From an uncultured Chloroflexia bacterium (lineage in GTDB: Bacteria > Chloroflexota > Dehalococcoidia > DSTF01 > JALHUB01): a DNA stretch of 64,000 nucleotides. This document shows, piece after piece, positions 59,484-64,000 of the stretch. A model generated the notes under the pieces. It ran no database searches, was not told the origin of the DNA, and saw nothing but the letters and a program-made list of their open reading frames with translations. Position numbers and translations under genes: made by a program. Where the stretch lies: NCBI GenBank assembly GCA_963726245.1, contig CAVSBT010000025.1, positions 71,076-135,075 on the forward strand, written 5' to 3'. Position 1 is the stretch's first letter; every line of letters begins with the position of its first letter.

Positions 59484-60296
59484 CTATTCCTCGTCTTCCC
59501 ATATGGCAGAGACGAGCAAGGCGCCGCCATCGATCAGAATCTCCGCTCCCGTGGTATAGCTGGAGGCATCAGAAGCCAGGTAGATCGCCGCACCGGCTAT
59601 CTCGTCGGGAACGCCTATGCGTCCCATGGGCGTCGCCTTGGCCATAGCCGCCTTCTCCTTCTGGGCCTCTTCGGGTGGAAGATGGAACCAGTGCGAATCC
59701 AACATCTTGGTACTGATCGCCCCAGGTGCGATGGTGTTGACCTGAATGTTGAAGGGCGCGAGCTCCATGGCGAACGCCTTCGTTATCATACGGACGCCTG
59801 CCTTGGAGATGCTGTAGACGCTCACCCCAGGTTCCGGCTTGTAGCCATCGATGGAAGAGATGTTGATTATCTTGCCGTTGCCCTGCTCTTTCATGATCCG
59901 GGCGACAGACTGGCTCGTGAAGTACAGCCCTTTCAGGTTCAGGTTCATGATGGTTTCCCAGAGCCGTTCGTCAGATTCCAGTACGCTCCCCATGGCCGGG
60001 CTCGCGCCTGCATTGTTGACCAGGATATCGACCCTGCCGAACTTGCCTGCCACCGTATTGACCATCTTCTCTATCTCTTCCATCTTGCCGAGGTGGGACT
60101 GGACTGGAAACGCGACGCCCCCAAACGCTTCGATTTCTGCAGCGGTGGCCTCGAGGTCGTTCATCTTGCGGCTGGTGATCGCAACCCTTGCGCCGGCTTT
60201 GGCAAAGCACTGAGCGATGGCCTTCCCTATCCCCCGGCCACCGCCGGTTACTATGGCTACCCTGCCCTCAAGTGAGAATCTCGAAAGCTCAAACAT
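59484..60296 (-). CDS. SDR-family oxidoreductase
   Basis: TGGGRGIG, LVNNAG, YSISK and PMGRIG; RBS AAGGAGG. Confidence 0.92.
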   Translation of the reverse strand: MFELSRFSLEGRVAIVTGGGRGIGKAIAQCFAKAGARVAITSRKMNDLEATAAEIEAFGGVAFPVQSHLGKMEEIEKMVNTVAGKFGRVDILVNNAGASPAMGSVLESDERLWETIMNLNLKGLYFTSQSVARIMKEQGNGKIINISSIDGYKPEPGVSVYSISKAGVRMITKAFAMELAPFNIQVNTIAPGAISTKMLDSHWFHLPPEEAQKEKAAMAKATPMGRIGVPDEIAGAAIYLASDASSYTTGAEILIDGGALLVSAIWEDEE

Positions 60297-60582
60297 ACGC
60301 TCCAACCTCCTTGGCTCCGACGTAGTCCCACCTTCCCGAACGACCGACCTGACCTCCAACGAAAGCCACGCCGCTGTCCCTTACGGTACACCTCAGACCA
60401 CGTTTCCCGCACCCCTAGCCACCGCACACAGCGGACTGCGGTTTCCGTGAGCAGAGACGCGGACGTTGACGCGACATGGGGCCAGAGGTAGGATGCAGTC
60501 CGGCGTAGGAGGAAGCCATTTCGGGGTCGTAACGGTATACTGAAGTGGTGCATCATGAAGCCTGGTTGAAAGGAGCCAGATT

Positions 60583-60897
60583 ATGCCTGGATTGTTTTCT
60601 AAAGCAACGGACGGCATCCGCAAAGGGATCACTGTCGCGGGTGTCAAGGGAAAAGAAGCGGTTGATGTTCAGAAGATCAAGGGGCAGATAAAGAAACTCG
60701 AGGAAGAGAAGAGTGCTGCCCTCGAGGCGCTAGGCAGCAGAGTCTGCGAGATGACCGAAGCGGGGTCCTTCGACCAGGAGGACATCAAGACGCGGTGCGT
60801 CGCCATCACGGACCTGGCGAGCCGGATAAAGGGACTGGAAGAGGAAGTACAACAGGTTCACTCAAAGGCCCAGGAGTCGCTCGAGAGCAAGGAATGA
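60583..60897 (+). CDS. Hypothetical coiled-coil protein
   Basis: RBS AAGGAG; Lys/Glu-rich heptads. Confidence 0.7.
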   Translation: MPGLFSKATDGIRKGITVAGVKGKEAVDVQKIKGQIKKLEEEKSAALEALGSRVCEMTEAGSFDQEDIKTRCVAITDLASRIKGLEEEVQQVHSKAQESLESKE

Positions 60898-60986
60898 CCG
60901 GCCCGTTGCCGCGGGAAGCGCCGGTGCAGTCATCGTGGGAACTGGAGGCACGCTAGGTTGCGCGTGACGCAGCGCCACGAGGAGAG

Positions 60987-61571
60987 ATGATGGTCAGGTT
61001 CAACGGTGTCAACCACCTAGCGATGGCCACTGGCGACATGGACGCTACTATCCGCTTCTGGAGAGACCTGCTTGGGATGCGGCTCGTCGCCGGCCTGGGA
61101 CAGCCTGGCTACCGGCACTACTTCTTCCAGATCTCTGACCACGACCTGATCGCGTTCTTCGAGTGGTCAGGAGTGACGCCGGTCGTGCCCAAGGACCACG
61201 GCCGGCCGGTGCGCGGGCCATTCATCTTCGACCACGTGTCCTTTGGCGTCGAGGACGAGGACCACCTGTGGGAGCTAAAGGCCAAGCTGGAAGCCGCTGG
61301 GTTTGAGGTCTCCGACGTCATTGACCACGGCTTCATACATTCGATCTACAGCTTCGACCCCAACGGCATTCCGGTCGAGTTCAGCCACAACGTGGAGAGC
61401 ATCGATATCCGCCAGAACCCCAGTATGGAAGACTTCGCGCCTTCTCAGGTGACCCGCGAGGGCCCGGAGCCCCAGGCAGCCAAGTGGCCAGAGGCGAAAC
61501 CGCCAGTCCCCAGGGCTCAACGCATCGTCTACCCTGGAGCCGGGAGCGAGCTCTTCCACGGGAAAAGGTAA
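60987..61571 (+). CDS. VOC/glyoxalase-family protein
   Basis: GVNHLAM, FWRDLLGM, DHVSF and SIYSFDPNGIPVE. Confidence 0.88.
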   Translation: MMVRFNGVNHLAMATGDMDATIRFWRDLLGMRLVAGLGQPGYRHYFFQISDHDLIAFFEWSGVTPVVPKDHGRPVRGPFIFDHVSFGVEDEDHLWELKAKLEAAGFEVSDVIDHGFIHSIYSFDPNGIPVEFSHNVESIDIRQNPSMEDFAPSQVTREGPEPQAAKWPEAKPPVPRAQRIVYPGAGSELFHGKR

Positions 61572-61700
61572 CCCGCCGCTCGGACGGACCTATCCCTCGG
61601 TCTGCATTCCGCCACCGCCGGCGGGCCAGCGGCGATTCACGCCATGGGTGGATGGTGTACGCCGGGAGCAGTCAAGCATGGGGCCAGACGGGCTGGTCCA

Positions 61701-62906
61701 CTAGGTTCTAAAAGCGAAGCGCCTCTGGCTGAACCGTCGGCGCGAGCGCAAGGCGCGTGCCGCCATAGGCGCTGCTACCTCTGGCACTGGCTCCCCTTGC
61801 GGCGTGACACGCGGGAGCTTTCTCCCGAGGCCCCTCTCGATCTCATGCCACTTCGGGAGGTCCACCGGGCCAAGCAGCGTGATAGCACGCCCCGCACGTC
61901 CCATGCGGCCGGTACGGCCGACGCGATGCGTGAAGAGCTCATGGGTCTCTGGAAGCTCGTAGTTGATCACGCGGTCGATGTGCAACACGTCCAGCCCGCG
62001 TGCCGCGACATTCGTGGCGACCAGGATCGGCGTGGTGCCATCCCGGAATCTCCTGGTCACCTGGTCACGCTGGGGCTGCGAGAGATTGCCCTGTAGCACG
62101 TCGACGGGGTAGCCCAGGCGGGCCAGCTTCTCGCCCAGGTTGCGGACTCCGTGCTTTGTGCGTCCGAAGACAAGAGTGGCCCCCTCAGTTGCCTGATCGA
62201 GCAGCGTGCGGAGCACGTTGAACTTGTCGCCATCCCACACTTCACAGACCTCATGTTCGATGCTCAGCCCCCCGTCAGTGCCGTCCAAGCTCATCTGAAT
62301 CACTAGAGGGTTCTTCAGGTACTGCGCTGCCACCTTCTGCACCCATTGAGGTGTTGTGGCGGAGAAGAGGCTGGTCTGTCGCTCCTTGGCGGTAGCGGCG
62401 ATTATGCGCTCCACGTCGGGCGCAAACCCGCGGTCGAGCATCTCGTCGGCCTCGTCGAGGACCAGGTAGCTTACGGCATCGGGCTGGAGCGACCGCCGAG
62501 CCATGTGGTCAAGGATGCGGCCAGGCGTACCGACGACAATCTGACAGCCCTGTCGAAGGGCTTCCTGCTGTGGCCCGATGGGTTGCCCGCCGTAGACGAC
62601 AGCCAGGCGGATTCCCGTACCGGCCGTAATCTGCCTGATCACGGCGCCAACCTGCTGTGCGAGCTCGCGGGTCGGAACCAGAACGAGCGCCTGTAGCGTC
62701 CTGCTCTGCTCGCCGATGCTCTCGACAAGCGGGAGCCCGAATGCGAGCGTCTTACCTGACCCCGTGCACGCCTGCCCGATGACGTCCCGTCCCTCCAAGA
62801 GTGGGGGTATGGCGGCAGTCTGGATCGGCGTCGGCTGTGTTATGTGCAATGCCTCCAGCGCCTTCAGAGAGGAGGCGCGGAGCGTGAAGTCACGAAATGA
62901 TGTCAA
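61701..62906 (-). CDS. DEAD-box RNA helicase
   Basis: PTPIQ, TGSGKT, PTRELA, TPGR, DEAD, SAT, ARGLD and HRVGRTGR. Confidence 0.95.
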   Translation of the reverse strand: MTSFRDFTLRASSLKALEALHITQPTPIQTAAIPPLLEGRDVIGQACTGSGKTLAFGLPLVESIGEQSRTLQALVLVPTRELAQQVGAVIRQITAGTGIRLAVVYGGQPIGPQQEALRQGCQIVVGTPGRILDHMARRSLQPDAVSYLVLDEADEMLDRGFAPDVERIIAATAKERQTSLFSATTPQWVQKVAAQYLKNPLVIQMSLDGTDGGLSIEHEVCEVWDGDKFNVLRTLLDQATEGATLVFGRTKHGVRNLGEKLARLGYPVDVLQGNLSQPQRDQVTRRFRDGTTPILVATNVAARGLDVLHIDRVINYELPETHELFTHRVGRTGRMGRAGRAITLLGPVDLPKWHEIERGLGRKLPRVTPQGEPVPEVAAPMAARALRSRRRFSQRRFAFRT

Positions 62907-62921
62907 GAGTCTAGCCTTTCG

Positions 62922-63074
62922 TTAGTCCGTTGGTGGTTTGTGGCTTGGCGGCAGCGGCTGTAGGCGCCGCCACATTCGTGGAGGGGTGACTTGCGTGGTC
63001 TCCCGATTCTCTATCGAAAACCTGACCTCTGCTCAACAATAGACGCACGCAAGCGTTTTCGAGGTATATGGCAC
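62922..63074 (-). pseudogene. Degenerate CxxC zinc-ribbon (zf-trcl-like) gene remnant or leader ORF upstream of the helicase
   Basis: AAGGAGG RBS + GTG: MPYTSKTLACVYC*AEVRFSIENRE...; in-frame TGA at 63033-63035. Confidence 0.45.
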
Positions 63075-63266
63075 TGACGACCTCCTTGGTCTCGGTTCCA
63101 AGTCGTCTAGTGCGGTACGAATGAGGGGCTTCGCTGCAGTAAGAAGACGAGGAATGAAGTTACGTGGATTCTAGCACAATATGCTGGGAGATAGCAAATT
63201 CGCCCCCCGCGCTGCTTGACGGGCCGCCGCTGTCAACGGACCCTTCACCCGCGACGCCGCGAGCAG

Positions 63267-63734
63267 CTATGGGCCCCCGGCTGAGCTGAGCGGATACCCC
63301 GCTTGCTGCCAGGCTATCATGCCGCCTTCCAGGTTCCAGACGTTGCTGTAGCCGAGTCGCACGAGTTCGCGAGCCGCTTGCGCGCTCGTTGAACCGCTGC
63401 GGCAATACACCACGATCTTCGCGTCGCGCTGCGGAAGCTCGTTCAGGCGCGCTTCGATGTCGTTGAGCGGGATGAACTCGTCCGTGGACTCGATCTCCCC
63501 CACGTAGGAAGCGAGCACGTTCACGAGCAGGAAGTCTTTGTCGCTCAGCCACGACTTGAGGGTCTGCGGCGTGATGTCGAAGTACGCGCCGTCTCCTACT
63601 TGGACGCGTGTCCCGACCGTGCCGTCGCTGACGTTGGTCGTCGTCGAGCCGCCGCCGCCGCAGGCCACGAGAGCCAGTGCCCAGGCCATGGCTACAGCCA
63701 CGAGAATTGACCTCGTTAGACGCGTGTTCAGCAT
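63267..63734 (-). CDS. Rhodanese-like domain lipoprotein
   Basis: Lipobox LVAC; VVYCRSG and LGYSNVWNLEGGMIAW; RBS AAGGAG. Confidence 0.85.
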   Translation of the reverse strand: MLNTRLTRSILVAVAMAWALALVACGGGGSTTTNVSDGTVGTRVQVGDGAYFDITPQTLKSWLSDKDFLLVNVLASYVGEIESTDEFIPLNDIEARLNELPQRDAKIVVYCRSGSTSAQAARELVRLGYSNVWNLEGGMIAWQQAGYPLSSAGGP

Positions 63735-63973
63735 GCCTACTCCTTTCGCCACAACCCCTTCGGCCCATGACCCGGCGACCCGAACCGCGGTGCAGGCGGG
63801 CCTCCTGTAATAGACCCCCGGTCCACTCGTTATCAGTGTAGAGGCCACGCACCCCAACCTGCGAACGATTGTAGCGCACACCGGGGTTAGCGCGGCCCTA
63901 CTCTTTGTCCCTTCGGCGCACGGAAATGCAACCGCTCCGACGTTGTCCTCATCGCCGGAGCGGATCTATATCT

Positions 63974-64000
63974 TGGTGGAGACGGGGGAGAATTGAACTC
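63974..64000 (-). ncRNA. 3' end of tmRNA (or tRNA-Ala), partial at the window edge
   Basis: Minus strand GAG-TTCAATT-CTCCCCCGTCTCCACCA: T-loop, Ala-type acceptor (U70, A73) and encoded CCA. Confidence 0.65.

Overview
High-GC bacterial chromosome segment, most consistent with a Chloroflexota (Dehalococcoidia-like) genome. This is inferred from the Chlor_Arch_YYY/TIGR03663 genes, the secretin-less Tad locus and the large SRP RNA. Many otherwise intact genes (cca, smc x2, ftsY, mutS x2, metE, capA and others) are broken by single frameshifts, which looks like uncorrected indel errors. 1-32 kb is mostly housekeeping: galU (partial), large SRP RNA, yabE-like/rsmA/ispE, dinG, cca, rnc-smc-ftsY, an archaeal-type GT-C glycosylation cluster, mutS/S8 protease/mutL and a split MetE. 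32-51 kb is a cell-surface/adhesion region: CAP protein, AAA ATPase, a Thr/Pro tandem-repeat stalk protein, a vWA-Ig-TM-FHA protein, an ECF sigma with a short anti-sigma, an AUR1/PAP2 enzyme and a Tad/Flp pilus operon. 51-64 kb is miscellaneous and ends at the 3' end of a tmRNA (or tRNA-Ala). The most notable signals were read by eye and none has been tested by search: (i) two tandem c-di-GMP-I-like riboswitches, both with extra helices inserted at the same point of P2, upstream of the stalk gene; (ii) a layered regulatory code over the surface/pilus region, made of sigma28-like promoters, BldN-like ECF promoters and a 22-bp-phased operator; (iii) an unassigned ~235-nt structured RNA with a T-loop hairpin between cca and rnc; (iv) a 98-bp double-palindrome element present twice, with compensatory base changes.
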